Part shown: positions 48,434 through 62,936 of the stretch, piece by piece
How positions within the stretch are numbered: the first letter of the stretch is position 1
Layout: each line of letters starts with the position of its first letter
Origin: Trichosphaerium sp. ATCC 40318
Taxonomy: Eukaryota; Protista; Tubulinea
Reading direction: 5' to 3'
Length of the DNA: 64,000 nucleotides
Assembly: GCA_038496445.1 (NCBI GenBank)
Contig: JALMLS010000377.1
Span: forward strand, 1-64,000
Translations under genes and position numbers: made by a program
Notes under the pieces: model-generated
Seen by the model: the letters and a program-made list of their open reading frames with translations, nothing else
Databases searched by the model: none
What the model was told of the DNA's origin: nothing

Positions 48434-50781
48434 ATGAGTGTACATAAACAGCCTATTGGCAAAGCATCATCACAATACTCTTCTCAAGGGATACTTGACG
48501 CATCTCTGGTTCCTGGTTCTCCACTCGGTGATGAGCCATTGTATTATATAGAACAGATTGTAGACCACAAAATTAAGGTAATGGTTTCACTGTAGACACT
48601 TTGGCGAAAAAAAAAATCTCTTGGCAATCCGTTTGTTCAAAAAAAAAAAGATTTTTTGGCTAACTATCGGTGTACCTGCAGAATGCGAAGAGGGAATTTT
48701 TGGTAAAGTGGTGGCGGTCTTCCTGTAAAGAGTGGGTTGTAGAGGATAATTTCCATGGCAAAATACCAGATGTTTCGTTTCTATCAAAGGTACGTTTCCT
48801 TTTTCTTTCGGTTACGTGCGTTACTTTGATTGGCTCCTATTAACGTATATAACAGTCAACAAAGCGGAAAAGCACGGACGCGCCAGAAGCTACACGGCGG
48901 TCCAAACGACAGCGGCGAATAGCTGCACCAATACACAGAGAAGACGAATATAACGGTAATTACTTTGGGTTTTTAAAGCGTGACGCGAAATCACAAAACA
49001 AATGGAAACACAAGAATTTTTTCTTATTTTCATTTTTGATCAAAAAAAAAAAAACATGACACTCACACTTCACTTTCTTACTGATTGAATAGATCCAATG
49101 GATCTAGAACCAACATATACACGAAGATCGTACAATCGCCGTTTTACCTTCTACAAGACGTTTACTTTGTTATAGACAACGTAGCAAGACATTAAATCGA
49201 TCAGTGGACTATGGTGACGATAGTGACGAGGATTCTAGTTCAGGTCTGCCTCTTTGACATCTACAATCTATTCACTCCTATTCCCAGATTTTGCCAAGAA
49301 TGAAGCGCGGTTATCAAAGTCTAAAAGTACAACGAGGAGGAAACCTAAAAAGCGAACTGTATCTAAGAAAAGTCCTACTGGTTATACAATGATTGAAGCA
49401 GCGTTACTATGCCTTGAGGGAGAGGTAAGCACTCATTAAACATTCTTTTGTTTCTCCGCAACTCCTCAGTCGCACACACGTTATTAACGACAATGCGATA
49501 TCCTTATAAAAACGTCTCTGTCCTTTCTAGATGGTCTATGAGATTGTATTTTAAAGGAATTTTTTTTGCAAAGAGTACAACACCCTTTTGTACCGTATAG
49601 CTGTACTTGCTCTTTGTTTTTACCATTAATTCCAAAACAAGGGAAGAGAAATGCATGCAAGAGAAATAGCAAAGGTTTGTATTCAAGAAGGATGGATTAA
49701 CAAAACTAAAACACCACACAATTCAATCACAGCTGCTCTGAATGGACACATCAAAAAACATGGCCAAAAATCGTCCTTTATAAAAGCAGGACCAAACATT
49801 TTTGCTCTTTCTCCGCTGCATAAGCGCAAGATGAAAAGTAAGCAGTTGAAGACTGCTAAAACAGGGAAAGGCGGTTCAAGTACAAAAGGATCTAAAAAGA
49901 AGGCTACTGTACTGGATGATGATGGCGAATTCTCTGTTCCTGGTGTAAAACCAGATAAAAAAAGTGCGGCTAAGGCCACAAGAAAACACTCAAGGCGAAA
50001 AGTGGCGTCTCCTATTACAAACAAAAAATCAAATTCTAGAGTTGGGTTAAAGGATACAAAGACTGATTCGACGTTTCCAGGCTTCAAAATATCAAGTAAT
50101 GGTGTTTCACCTAGGACGACAAGGTCTTCGCGCATTCAGTCGCGCACTACGCGCTCTACTGTAGCTAATAGTGCGATGGCAAAGGCTAAAGTTTCTAATA
50201 ATATGCTTCCTACGCATTCCCTGACAAATGGTACAAATGGTGGTATTTCTTCTCAACGCGCTCCGTATTCGAGTTCTCTGTCATCTTCTTTTTATCGAGA
50301 CGCTGCAGATACAAATTTTCCATCACATCCGCCGGTAGGAGCGGAAATTAAGATAACTGAACCGCCTCCCGAGTTAGGCTTTAATAATTTTAATGGATCC
50401 TTTTTGGACCAACCCTTTGATCAACAAATGGCTCAAGAAATAGGAGACCTTAGTTACGCAGCAGGTATAGGATCTATGTTCTCCATACAACCGATTTACT
50501 AGTTTTTTTTAGATATACCAACTTTTAAACGTGAAATATGCCTTGGTCTTGGCTGTGGCGTCTTGGTTGAATATCCATGTGAAGCTCAATTAATTCAGGT
50601 ATTTGTTTTAACTTGTAAACAAATGAGCATGAAGCTGATGTGTTTTCTTTTTTTTTAGTGTCGTCAGTGCGGCACAGTCATGGAGATTGATACTGCATCT
50701 GGGAGCCTAGTAATGACTAGTCCAAATCATAATACTCACAAACACTCGATGATAGATATGCATCCGTCGCTGGGAATATAG
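48434..50781 (+). CDS. Chromatin protein: chromo-like domain, HARE-HTH (ASXL-type winged helix) and C-terminal Cys4 zinc ribbon
   Basis: YYIEQIVDHK…EFLVKW; TMIEAALLCL…MHAREI…KTPHNSITAALNGHI…FIKAGPNIFAL; CLGLGC…CRQC. Confidence 0.75.
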
Positions 50782-51080
50782 TGCAGGGCAAAGCAATTTC
50801 AAAAAAAAAATAAGAAACGAAAAGATAACAATAGTTCCACGAGGTAGCCTGGCTGGTGTCCCATTTGTAGATTGTTGCTGGCCTTCTATCCTGCGTTAAC
50901 GTTCATCGCCAATTTGATTGTTAAAAACAATGTTAATAAGATTGTATTACTGCAACTTTCGTTTGTTCAAACTGCATAAAAAAAATTCGTCCTGCCAATT
51001 TACCTGAATGGTCAGTAAAGTTAAAACAACGTTAAAGCACTAAAGCACATACAAGCATTCTACTAGATCGCAGTTAAAGC

Positions 51081-52688
51081 ATGGCGAACGCATCGGCACG
51101 GTTTTCTACGCTTCCTTTGCCCGTAACTGTTTAGTTAGGACCCTAGTCCTTTTGATGATTATGACTATGGCATAGAATCCTTCCAGAATGAAGATTGGGG
51201 GTAGGGGAAATTTTCTATCGTTTATTTACGTATTTTAGATTTGGTGACGCTAATGGACAAGTAAAACCAAGCAGTAAGCCTATTTTGCTTTTTATTTTAA
51301 TCAATTATGTTATACAACGACTGACAGATACAAAAGGTAGACAGGACGCTCCAACTATAATTCTAGCGGGCCAACCTAGGTAATTACACGCGAAATGGCT
51401 TGAAATAATACTATTACATTTTTGTATAAATGCTCGGCGTAATTCTTCTCTCAGGGCAGGTAAATCATCAATACAACGCGTTGTATTTCAAAAAATGTCC
51501 CCAAACGAGACATTATTCCTTCAATCCACGCACAAAGTAGTAAGACATGGTACGTAATAACGAATGTAATCCAGTGAAACAAAAAAAAACCGTTATGATC
51601 AGATATCTCACTTTCTTTTGTTAATTAGCTCTCTGCCTTGGCTCTTTTATTAATTTTAACATACTGGATACTCCTGGTGATACAGACTTTGAAGATCCTC
51701 AACATGAATCTGTATTTCAAACCTGTGGTGCATTGATATACGTCATAAATGCACAAGAATTGGATTTACAAGAGTCTCTTACTAAACTTATTAATCTCAT
51801 TAATCGTGCTTACGATGTAAATCCGCGTATTATATTTAAAGTATTCATTCATAAAGTCGATGGACTTGCAGAGGACCAACAGATTGAAGTACAACGTGGG
51901 ATCCAACAACAAATCACAGAGGAATTAAGGGTGCGTTGTCATACTGACCTTGTCCTTATATTGGATGTCAAAGCTACGCGTTACAGCTCTAAAATGCGTT
52001 TAGGAAGCTCAACTTGAGGATGTACACCCTACTCTATATCTCACCTCTATATATGATCACTCAATCTTCGAAGCTTTCTCAAAAGTTGTACAAACTCTCA
52101 TACCTGAATTACCAACACTTGAGCGTATTCTTGATTTGCTCACTGTTCATTGCCGTATGGAAAAAGCCTACCTTGTTGACAGTGTATCACGTATCTACAT
52201 TTGCACTGATTCATCTCCTACTGATATGAAAACATATGAGCTATGTTCCGACATGATCGATGTTGTTGTTGATGTGTCATGCATCTATGGGTGTGTATTC
52301 AATTACTTATTTTCAAATGGCTAACACTTCACCAAAGTGAAGGAGATGAACCTCATGAAGTTCCTGAAACTCAGGAAGCCCAAAGTTCAGATGCTGATTG
52401 CACGCATTCTATAATCAAGCTAGCAAACGGAAGCTCGCTCTATTTACAGCAAATCAACAAGTATTTGGCGCTTGTTTGCTTCTTTGGCAAGCGTGATAAG
52501 CTTGACAAGCAAGGTACTGTCATAAATGAGCTCTTTACACAAATTCAAGTGTCAATGTTAACGTTGTTTTTTTTCCTACAGGGCTCATAGCATATAATGT
52601 TTCTTGCTTCAAAAAGGCTATACAAAAAGTATTCAATGTGGCTGAAGACACACGAAAGCAACAAAAAATGCGTAAAGGCTTACTGTAA
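51081..52688 (+). CDS. RRAGC: Rag GTPase, RagC/D (Gtr2) type
   Basis: [30 protein letters not shown] and [19 protein letters not shown]. Confidence 0.92.
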
Positions 52689-52989
52689 TGTCACCTTTTA
52701 TTCACTATTTTTTTCTCAACTCTGCCTGTTCACTTGGAACAAATAGTTTCCTTGTGGTGGTAATAAACTAACAACTTATGTCTTGTTGCTTTGTCACGTG
52801 CGTTTCAGTGAATGCTAAAGAAAAGTCTTAAGTTTTAATGTGAAATGTCATTTACTCGAGAGATCGTGATAGAAAGTAAGTAGGCGCTGTGAGTCTACTG
52901 CTCTGGCATTAGTATGTCAATTGGAAATGCGTGTAATCAATCTTGAAGTATTCAACATTTTTCTTTATTTATTTAATGTAAGTTTACAA

Positions 52990-55900
52990 ATGCAGAGCAC
53001 TCCAGAGGTTGACGCACGCGCTTCAATACGAAAGAGTACTACAAAAAGAAAAACAATCAAGGTACAAACTGGAGAAACGCTTTAATTTATTTTATACGTA
53101 GATACGGAAGCCAAAGCGCAAGAAAACGGACGCTGAATTTTCCGACACGTTAAAACATAAAAGATGTAAAGTTACAGACTCAATCAATGCGCCGCCAAAT
53201 GCCTCGCAGAGCCATCAGAAACCCTCAAGGAAGAGAAAAAGCATCACCATCAAACGTAAATCACACAAGCGCGCCAAGCCACGTAAGAAACAACTCACTA
53301 CCGCGAATATGATAGAAACGTCACCATATCTGCCAAATGAGGTCTTGTTCGAAATATTTGGGCATCTGCCTGTTATACGTTATATCGCAAATAGCGGTAG
53401 TGTTTGCGTACGTATAGGTCTTCCATATAGCTTATTAGCTACATTTATGCTAATTTTTCAAAGCGTCAATGGCAATGTGTCGCAACAGAAATGGTTCGCG
53501 ATTGGCTGCACTTTGACACCCTGTATTTTGATACAATCTTAAAAAGTGAAATTGATTTTGATGTTACCTCTGCACCAAAACTCGCTCAGTATGTTATTTA
53601 TCCTTTTTTTTTTACTGTGTTTTCTTACATCTTTTGCAGCGTTATTAGGGGTATTGTGCGTAGACTACATCTCGAGGTATATCTCTATACGCAACACAAT
53701 GACATTAACTATTTATTAAAGTTGGGAGAGAAAGATGGAGAGAAGGTTTACGCTCAGTATACAAAATGCAATTACTCGTTGTGCAACAATTTTTATAATA
53801 GTTTTGATATCTCTACATTGCACGTGAAAAAACTATGGAGATGCGAGTCTTCTCTAAATGTTACTGAGACCAAGGTTGTAAGATTTTCTCCTCTGAATAG
53901 TGACAGTAGAGGATATACCATAAAGCTATACCTGAACACAAGGGAGTAAGTCCGCTTTTTTTTGGATTCGTTGTTGTTGAAACTCACTTTTTTTTTCTAG
54001 GCTGTCTAGAATGGCGTACAAAGGAGTACCTATCCCAAACAGTAAATTTATATTCCATTGCTTTAGTACTAGATTATATGGTCGTATTTCTAAGCTAGAT
54101 TTAACACACTTGAAAAGTCATGATTTCGATAAAGCCATTACAAAAGTATGTTAAGCATAACCAGTTTTTTGTCTTGTTTTTTTTACTTATTTTTTGTATT
54201 GTCGGCGGATTCGCTCACTATAGTCCCTCAACCAGATTCTCTAAAGTTAAAGCTTTACACCTATCAACTACAGTGCCTTAGTTGGATGATTGGTATTGAG
54301 AGACAAGTAGATCACAAAGGTAAGTATTAATACTGTTTCCCATCATTGAATGAAGTAACCTCTTTTGAGTAGACTTCAAGTACGAACCTTATTTGCCTTG
54401 GGCAATAAAGGACTCCACAATTTACGTAGACTTAAAAAACGAGAAATTGGTGGCAGAGCATAAGGAACATACAGCGAATATGCCATTCCTAGGAGGCGTT
54501 TTGGCGGATGAGATGGGTTTAGGTACCATAAAATTGTGATACATCTTAGCTATCTTCTTACTAAATCTCTTTTGTAGGCAAAACAATTGAAGGTAGTGAA
54601 CTCCTGACATACATATACCTTTGATAGTTACTCTTACTTTAGTACTGGCTTTGGCACTCTCCAACGTCGCCCCACAAGTGGTGGAGCCTTTTGTTAAACT
54701 AGAGAAGCGACCTATAATAGAAGATGCCGCTGTTGTAGCTCTAGACGGTTTTGACCATACAGTAGAACGGCATTGGGTTAGTAGAGCTAATCTGGGTACC
54801 ATTGAATCCTTCTATTGTTTGTTCTTACTGTAAGCCTATTTCAGTTTGTTGCCCTAGTCACCTAGCTAAGCAATGGAAAGACGAGATTGACAAGCATATT
54901 ACAACATCTGTAATAGTCATTAAAATCACAACAATTTCGGAGCTGAAAAAGGTCTCAATAGCAGATCTTGTTAGCGCAGGTAAGTGTAGTATGTTAGAAT
55001 GAATCAAGTTGACAAATTGCTTTATAGACTTTGTGATTGTGTCTCATCAGTTCTTCAAAAATGTAAACTACAGAAAAAGAAAGAAATACCATGTTAGTAC
55101 ATCTTGTTCTGCACCCTTTTTACTTCGAAGAGTTGTGACCTTTTGTTTGTTGTAGAATGATGGAGAGCCTAAAGAATTGATAACTCCGGCTTTGGATAGC
55201 ATTTATTGGCATAGATTGATACTGGATGAGGGTCATGAACTTATCAGTAAACCGACGTGGCAACGTAAGGGTCAACTTTTTATTACAATCAACTAACTTT
55301 ATTTCTTTTTTCAGTGATTTTTGCGCAATTACGAGCTCGATACAAGTGGTTTGTAACAGGAACACCTTTCCCAAATGAGTACGAAACACGTGACATCATC
55401 TATTCACAATCATTGTAGGCGTACAGCATGTGGTGCAGTAGCTTTCCTAGCTGATAAGGCTATACCTTGGCGAATTCGCAAACTTCGAAATCCTTTAGAG
55501 TACGTACAATTGTATTCATCTTTGTTGTGCTTAATGTACATATTTAGGATATGTAAGGATACCTGGAATACACTAGATGATATGGATAGGTACTTTGGTA
55601 CCGAGCAGGCACACGTCGGTTACACCAGGTAATAGTTTGTAATCATTACAAAAGTATTTATTAACTATTGTAGGTGGATGTATTTGGAGGTTCTATTCAG
55701 TACACTTGTTTGGCGTAATACCAAAGATAGTGCGAAGTCAGAGTGGTCGATTCCACCTTACGTAGAAAGACTGGTATGTCATCATCAACAGATTCCGTTC
55801 TGTATTCTTTTGGTTGACTTTTGTTCTTAGAAACTTATTGACTTTGATCCAATACAGCGACTTCACTACGACACTGCTGTTTTGGTAGGTTATAGATCAA

Positions 55901-57556
55901 GAGGTATGTGTTCATTTAATTAATACACTAAAGTCACGTGATAGAATTACGACCGTTATGTTCGTTGAATGGTGGCTACAGTGACGATGATGCAGGATTT
56001 TTACTTCGACTGTATCATGATGTTCCTAAGCTACTTGACGTACGCATATGTTATAAAATACTCATGTTCTCACTCTATGGAATTTAGACTAAAGAGAATG
56101 AAGAGCGATTAATGCAACAAAACCTTGATTTAAGAATGCAGTATAACGAAAGCGCTGAGCATTGTAAGGAACTAAAAAAAGCTTCATTAGCACTTTGTGC
56201 ACGCTTGGACGAAATGAGAAGAAAATGGCAATTATTGGTACCTACATTCATGCTTATCTAACTCTTCAACTTACACGTGATTTAACAGCAACCGTTGCGT
56301 GTTATTGAGCGTCTAATGTCAAAACGACGAGCGCTTGGTATGGCTGCTTTATTTACAGACGATCAAGACAAGCTAAAGGAAGCTATGAGACTTAGGTGTA
56401 TCAAAGTATTACCCAACCAGACTGTAGCAAGTATGAAAGCAAAACTAAGACCAAGATTGGTTCGTGAAGAAGCACGCATTAAAGTACGTTTTAAAACTCT
56501 TTTGTTCAAGATGTTATGCTGATAGGTTTTCGCTTTAGAAAGGATTTCCTCCGTATAGGTATACTGGGTTGACGTCAAAAGAGCGAGAGCAATTGTATGG
56601 ATCTAAGGTTGGTAAACTGATGGACTACTTGGACGAGATATGGAAAGTAGGACGAACAGATAAAGTTATACTATTTTCAAGTGCACGTGTTTTGTTTGTG
56701 TTGCTTTGTTTTGCGTTTATATTAATTGTGTCAATTAGTATTCCTTTGTGCTTAGTAGAGTGGCTGGTATTTTATTTCAGAATGGTATACACAGCATGTC
56801 CATCGAAGGGTACAAAATGGAATTAAAAAATATTGAGATTTCTGATTTTGTTTGTTTTCAGAAATGTATTCAAGAGAGAAAAAGCAATTTCCGCTTTTAG
56901 TGGAGAAGGAGAGGAGATTAAGGTGTTATTACTGAGTACTAAAAAATCTGCCTCTGGGACAAATCTCGTTAACGCCAAACACGTCATTTTACTTGGTAAG
57001 ACAACTACTTAACAAAAAAAAAACCCACAAACGGTAACTAACACTTTTGTGTTCTAGACCCACCATTTGGAAAGACAGAAGAAATAGCCGCTCAAGACGG
57101 ACAAGCGATTGGAAGAGCTTATAGGTACGCTTGAATACATCTGTAAAACATTATTTTTGGATTTGTTTTTGACTTAATATTGTAGGCTTGGTCAAGAGGA
57201 GCCTGTACAAGTTACTAGGTTTGTTGTAAAGAATACTGTAGAACAAGATAGTTACACCAAATACCTGAAAGAAAAAGCTAGTACGTCTACGCCTTCTCTG
57301 TATTTGAACGAAAATCAATCAATTTTTCACTTATTTTGCGTGTTTGAGCTAAAGATATTGTGCTTTGTCTGACGTCTTGTTTTTTTTTGTAGGATCAAGT
57401 ACAAATACTGAACGCAATACTATGCTTAGCTTTAATAACGAATTGCAACTTGTAAGACAAACTGAATCAGGCGTATTCTCCTTGAAGAATCCTTTACTAA
57501 CCTTTAAAAATGTGAGTGCAGCTCACAATGACTGCTTGAGAAAGGCCCTGACTTAA
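52990..57556 (+). CDS. F-box-containing SNF2-family (Rad5/16/SHPRH-like) helicase
   Basis: F-box LPNEVLFEIFGHL; YQLQCLSWM, GGVLADEMGLGKT, CPSHLAKQW, WHRLILDEGHE, TGTP, GSKV, ASGTNL and QAIGRAYRLGQ. Confidence 0.85.
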
Positions 57557-57741
57557 AATGTACAATAGTGAATAAATTGTGAACATTCGTGGTACCACCT
57601 ACCACATACGTCTAGATAATAAAACGTAATAATGTTCATAGCAATTGTTAGTGCCTAAACTTTAGGAAAAAATTGTACCAAAATGGAACAAACATTTGAC
57701 ACTTTTAGTTCTAATGTACATTATTTATTTGTTTACAGTTG

Positions 57742-58999
57742 CTACCCTTTTGATGGCATGCTATCTTGATCGTTTTGCAAGTATAAATAACAACGATCAA
57801 GATTTACCTGCTCTGAAAATAATAAATGCACCATTTTCTCTCTCAACTCATTTTGCGTAGCAACCATATGTGCCAACGCCATACGCGCTCCCCAAACCTC
57901 TCTCTGAGCTGTTTCAAGCCGTTTTTCCATTAACTACAATAAAATTACTCTTCCAAAAACAACTAATTCCATCACATACCCGACGTTGTATAGAAGCTTC
58001 ATATGCTGCTTTAGACGTTGTAGCATACTTAGTCTTCAATTCGCCTAACTCTTTTGCCCATGCTGCTTCCTAAGGGCCAAAGTAAGCTTACTGATCGATC
58101 AAATGGTCTTGTGGGGAAAAAGAGTATTCACGTACACGTAATTTTCTATTTTGCTTTACGTTCTCCATCCTGACGGCTTGTTTATTGATGCCTTCGTTTG
58201 TTTTCTCAAATGACAACTTGACGCCAGCTGATAGCGATCCTTCCATTTGTGTTAGTGCGTTAGCACCTGCACCAGTCGATTGAGGGTTGTTGTTCTTTTG
58301 TAATTGAAGCTGCTCTCTTACAAGGGCTACTTTACACATTCTAAGGCTGTGTATACGTTTCAGTGCTAACTGACGCAGTTCATCGTCTGTTGGCTCTTTT
58401 GGAGGCTCGCAAGTTTGTAGAATTACTTTTTGGCTGTGGTTCCATTTAACTCTTGATTTTCTTTTTTCGGTTAGTTTTGTTTATTTTGCAATAACATTAT
58501 TAAAAATACTTTGCCTTACCTCTTGTTATGCCTGTGAGCGCGTCGTTCATGTTTTTCGCCAACTTGCTTTTTTTAAAAGTTAGAAGTGGCCAATTAATTG
58601 TTTGTGCATACGTCGCGACCTGGTTTTGGCGCTTCAGATGAGGATCGTGGGTGTTGTTTAGAACGAAGCGTAGAACGCGAATTCTTGCCAGAAACTGACC
58701 TTGATGGCGTCGCTCTAACACCAGATCTAGTGCCTTTACTGCGCTACGGAGTAGGTGAGGTTTTATAGCCAAAATTGTTTCGGCGTTATAAGTAACGCTT
58801 ATGCTACTGCGCGACGCCGTTTAGCTCGCTAGTTTCGCGTTTTGCGTACTTTACTCCCACTACTTGTCTCTGATCTCTTAGATTGCTTATGTCCATCGCT
58901 CCCTTTCGTGTGTTGCCCATCCTCGTGGTCTCCCTCTGCTTTCGACTCGCCACGCCTCCTTCGCGACTTCTCTCTCTTTTTCTTTACTGGTTGGGACAT
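57742..58999 (-). CDS. Hypothetical coiled-coil protein
   Basis: Several ORF segments with GT-AG junctions; basic N-terminus. Confidence 0.55.
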
Positions 59000-59210
59000 G
59001 GCGCAACGTTACTGCCTAATGCGTTGCAATATAATAAGATTGCTCAAAGAAATGAGAAGTAAAACGCGAATAAGTCACAATTGATTAACGAACAAAACAA
59101 ATTGAACCTTTGACACCAATAAAACAAACTTTATTTTGTAGATACAAAAAAATTATATTGGCTTCTTTGGCAAAAAAGCCCTTTTACAGAAAAGGTAAAA
59201 ACCAAAAAAT

Positions 59211-60868
59211 TTAATTTGGCGTCCATACATTTTCAACTGCCCACATTGTATCAGTAACTTCTTTAGACGATGAATTATACCCACCAAATACAAAGGCGCT
59301 GTTCAAGAAAGGTACAAACACTGGACATATTTGTGAAGTACCACCTTTAGAACAAAAAAACATAAGTACTAACATTGACGAAAAAAAGAAGAAACGCATA
59401 CCTCCCCAAGGCACATCATTTATAGTTTTAGTCATCGACAAGGTCTTTAAATTTACACTCCAAACGTCATTATAAAATACGTTCATAGCTCTGTTCCATC
59501 CACCCATGACTACGAGCCAAAACGGTTAATACAAATTAGGCATAATATAGCTGCTGTGTACCTGTGAGTGTATCTTGAGTTACTGAAACGCCGATTCTTA
59601 CTCTAGGTGGAGGCTTTTTAACTCCCTCAGGGAGTACGAGTTCTACTGGTTTCAACCACTTCTGTTTCTTCATGTCAAAGCGATAGAGTTTTGTAATGTC
59701 CACATCGATAGTTCCAGTGTACCCACCCACGATATACATGATACCATTCCATGCGCCTGCACCGTGAGTGCGCAGAGGAGGAGGTTGAGAGGTCGAAGCG
59801 TACTACAAGTCGCAATTACGGGATTTTTCTGTTGACCTTGGAATCGTACCATGTTGATGAAGCCCTTTTTGGAGTCGAACTTTGTCCAAGAAGAATGGGT
59901 AGTATCAAAGATAAACAGGTCACTTAGAGTCTTTCTACCTACATTACAAAACTGTGAGTAGCGGTAGATTTGTACTCAGGGTTTTTAATTGTGGTACACA
60001 CCATTGTAGCCGCCATATACCTAAAGGTAGCGTAAATATAGAGATAAAAAAAAATCCCAATTTGTTGAACAAATAAAAAAATTGAGCGTTAACGGCTTAC
60101 GTATATTTTATCCTTGTACGCTATAGCAGTATGGGCTGCGCGTGATGGTAATGTAACATTTGTATACAGTTTAACCTTTTCAATCTTTGCTTTCTTCTTC
60201 CACTGATCACTACTGGTGATTTTGTAAACATCGTTTACGTAGCCTCTACCATTTTGACCTATCTTTTATTAATTCTTATGGCCCGTTAACGTTCTCTACC
60301 TGCTACTAGATAAGCTGCTTGGTTTACTTCAACCAGTGTTCCTTCAGTGATACCCGGTGCTCCACCATCAAGCTTTAGCTTAGACCATCGTCCAGTGGCT
60401 ACAGATTGAATTAGCAAATGCCCAAAATGATCAAATAGCCTACGCACAGAAATCATACACGTGAAGTGAATTTTGGACGTGGTCGATGTCTATACATCCT
60501 CTGGTAGGTGCATCGCCTTAAATGAGCGCAATTAATATTAAATTCACAAGGTTTTACTCTGTACCTCCATACTTGATCATTTTATTGCCTACCATGCATG
60601 ATGCATAACACAGAGTTGGTGCTACAAAATATTAGAGACAAATTTTATTCTGTGCTTACGTGGTGGGGATTTGTTTGGAGCCAGTTTTACAGTACGTTTC
60701 CATATAAAAGGATCTATAAGGAAAGGTTAACGTTTTTAATTGTTGTGTTTTTAGTATACCATAAGAGGCCATGTGCCATGCTTTACATGACTGGCCCGCA
60801 CGTAATTTGTCGCTGGCTTGGAGGTATTTTAATACCATCACTAGTATTTCAGCTGGTAGGTGACTCAT
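59211..60868 (-). CDS. F-box/Kelch-repeat protein
   Basis: LPAEILVMVLKYL F-box; repeated GG..W Kelch motifs (YGGYNG, VGGYTG, MGGWN, FGGYN). Confidence 0.85.
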
Positions 60869-61003
60869 TGTTGTTGTTTTATGTCTTTATTGAACCAACA
60901 GCCCACGTTGTAGCGTGTGGATGAGTGTCAAGTGGTGTGACGTCGCTGTGATAAGCAACAGGCCACTTAATTACTATTCCTTCGCCCAAACTACGCGGGA
61001 AAC

Positions 61004-61490
61004 ATGAATGCAGCAGAGGAGAACTTTGATTTGCCAAAAGCGATAATTAACCGCTTAATCAAACAATCTGTATGAATTTGAAAGTTTTTTTTTGTTTCTC
61101 ATCCGATTAGATACCTGACGATAACATACAAGTTGCAAAGGACGCGAAATTAGCAATTGCAAAGGCTGCTAAATATTTTATTTACTATGCATCTTCATGG
61201 TTTGTCTTTAGCCTCTTTCGCGTTTAATCTCACTTTACAATAGCGCTAACGACTTTTGCCGGTCATGTAACCGTACAACTATTGGAGTAAATCACGTTTA
61301 TGGAGCCTTGGAGGAACTAGAGTTCGCCAAATTCAACCCCGAGCTCAAGCAGTTCTTAGATAGTGCGTTTATAATCTTTTTTTTGAGTTGAAAGTGTCAT
61401 TAAAATGTCACTAACACATTCTGTATAGCCTATAAAAGTGAGCAAGTTGCTAAGAAAAATAAGAAAAAAATCAACAAAGCTGTAAAATAA
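61004..61490 (+). CDS. POLE3: Histone-fold protein POLE3/DPB4/CHRAC17-like
   Basis: LPKAIINRLIK, VAKDAKLAIAKAAKIFI and RTTI…VYGALEELEF. Confidence 0.8.
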
Positions 61491-61750
61491 ATGTAATTAG
61501 TCCTGAACTATCGTAACGTTAAAACAGTGAATTTGTTGAATGGAACCAACGGATGTATATCAGCTTGCGCCATGAAAACTAGGTACATAAAAGCTTGTTG
61601 TGTCTCTTACCTTTAACTCACAACAGCTTTTGCTAGTACCATAATGACGTTCGTAATCAAGGTGTAAAAACAACAAAATCCGTACAGAAATTTGATTGCT
61701 TTCAAATGCCAAAATGACAATTGCTGACCAAGTCTTAAGCTTTAGCCGAA

Positions 61751-62570
61751 ATGGATAGTACATCAGCTAAATCATTAGTGGAACGTGGCTATGTGCTACT
61801 AAACATGCCACAATCGCTGAAACAGGCATATTTAGAAACGCTAACGTCAATGAAGGCGTTTTTTGGGTTGAGCGATATAGAGAAGGCGAAATTCAACGGT
61901 GTAGGCACAATTCAGGATTTAGGTTACCAAATAGCACCAAATCGAAAAGAACATTTTATGGTACGTCCAGCATCTCAAACAAACGCTCACGACGCTCTAG
62001 ATGCGTTTGAGCGGCACAAACAAGCACATGCCATTCCCAACAATAGACAAAGTTGATGTTGGCAATCAACTATCAGAACTATTCTCGCTATTCGATGCTT
62101 TTGGCCGTGACGTATTGCAAGAGGTTACACATTACCTTGAATTACCAAGCAGCGAAGTAAGTGAACAGATGAAGCACGTACTAGATCCTACAACAGACAA
62201 ATTACCGCCAAAATATGTTAGTAGTTCGATGCTAGATGTATTTCATTACTTTAACAATGACAGTAACACTGTAATAAGTGTCAATACTGGTCCTCACAGT
62301 GATTCAAGTATCATTACTATAATACCCATCGCTGAACAAGAAGGTCTAGAAATCTATGACGTACCAACTCGCACGTGGGTGTCTATCGAGAAAGACGGAA
62401 TCCATGGCGAGCAGCTTGTTGTGCTTATAGGAGATTCCGCTGACTCACTTACAAAGGGCGTGCTGAAGACTACTCTTCATCGTGTTTCCAAATCAACAAA
62501 GCCTCGCTTCTCCATCACGTACAAATTGCGCGCTAGGCCTGCAGGTGAAAGCTCCCTCCCTTGTAGTTGA
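61751..62570 (+). CDS. 2OG-Fe(II) oxygenase (IPNS/DIOX-like)
   Basis: HSD…GLEI…IGDS…HRV…RFS; one intron at about 61961-62000. Confidence 0.88.
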
Positions 62571-62936
62571 CACTCTTATATCCTCTTTAGTTGTTGGACC
62601 TCGCTACCATTCGGACTACGATTTGCTGAAATCCCAAACGTGACAAGTAATAAAAGAACACCGCTTCTTGCCACGCTAGTTTCTTCAACAGGAATAACCA
62701 CCCGAAAAAGTCAGCATCACTGAATCAATTAAAACAGACAAAAATAGGTAATATCACGTGGCCTGTGTTTATACACTCAGAAAAGGACCTCCAAGCGTCG
62801 CGTAAATCTGCTCGGGTTCGAGCAAATATTCTCAAAAACACAAGAGTTCAATAAAGAAAGAGGCACATAACGGAGCATAAATCGCTGTTTTTGACTTCCT
62901 GTGACAACCTATAATAATTTTTTGTAAACTAAGCGT

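Noticed and set aside
49498-49505. ATATCCTT as a U12 AT-AC donor
   Set aside because: It lies inside an ordinary GT-AG intron (~49425-49641) whose removal gives LCLEGE-GREMHAREI; the alternative mini-exon contains a stop.
13251-52688. SMCR8, RagC/D and TBC genes as a lysosomal/mTORC1 gene cluster
   Set aside because: Separated by tens of kb and many unrelated genes; likely coincidence.
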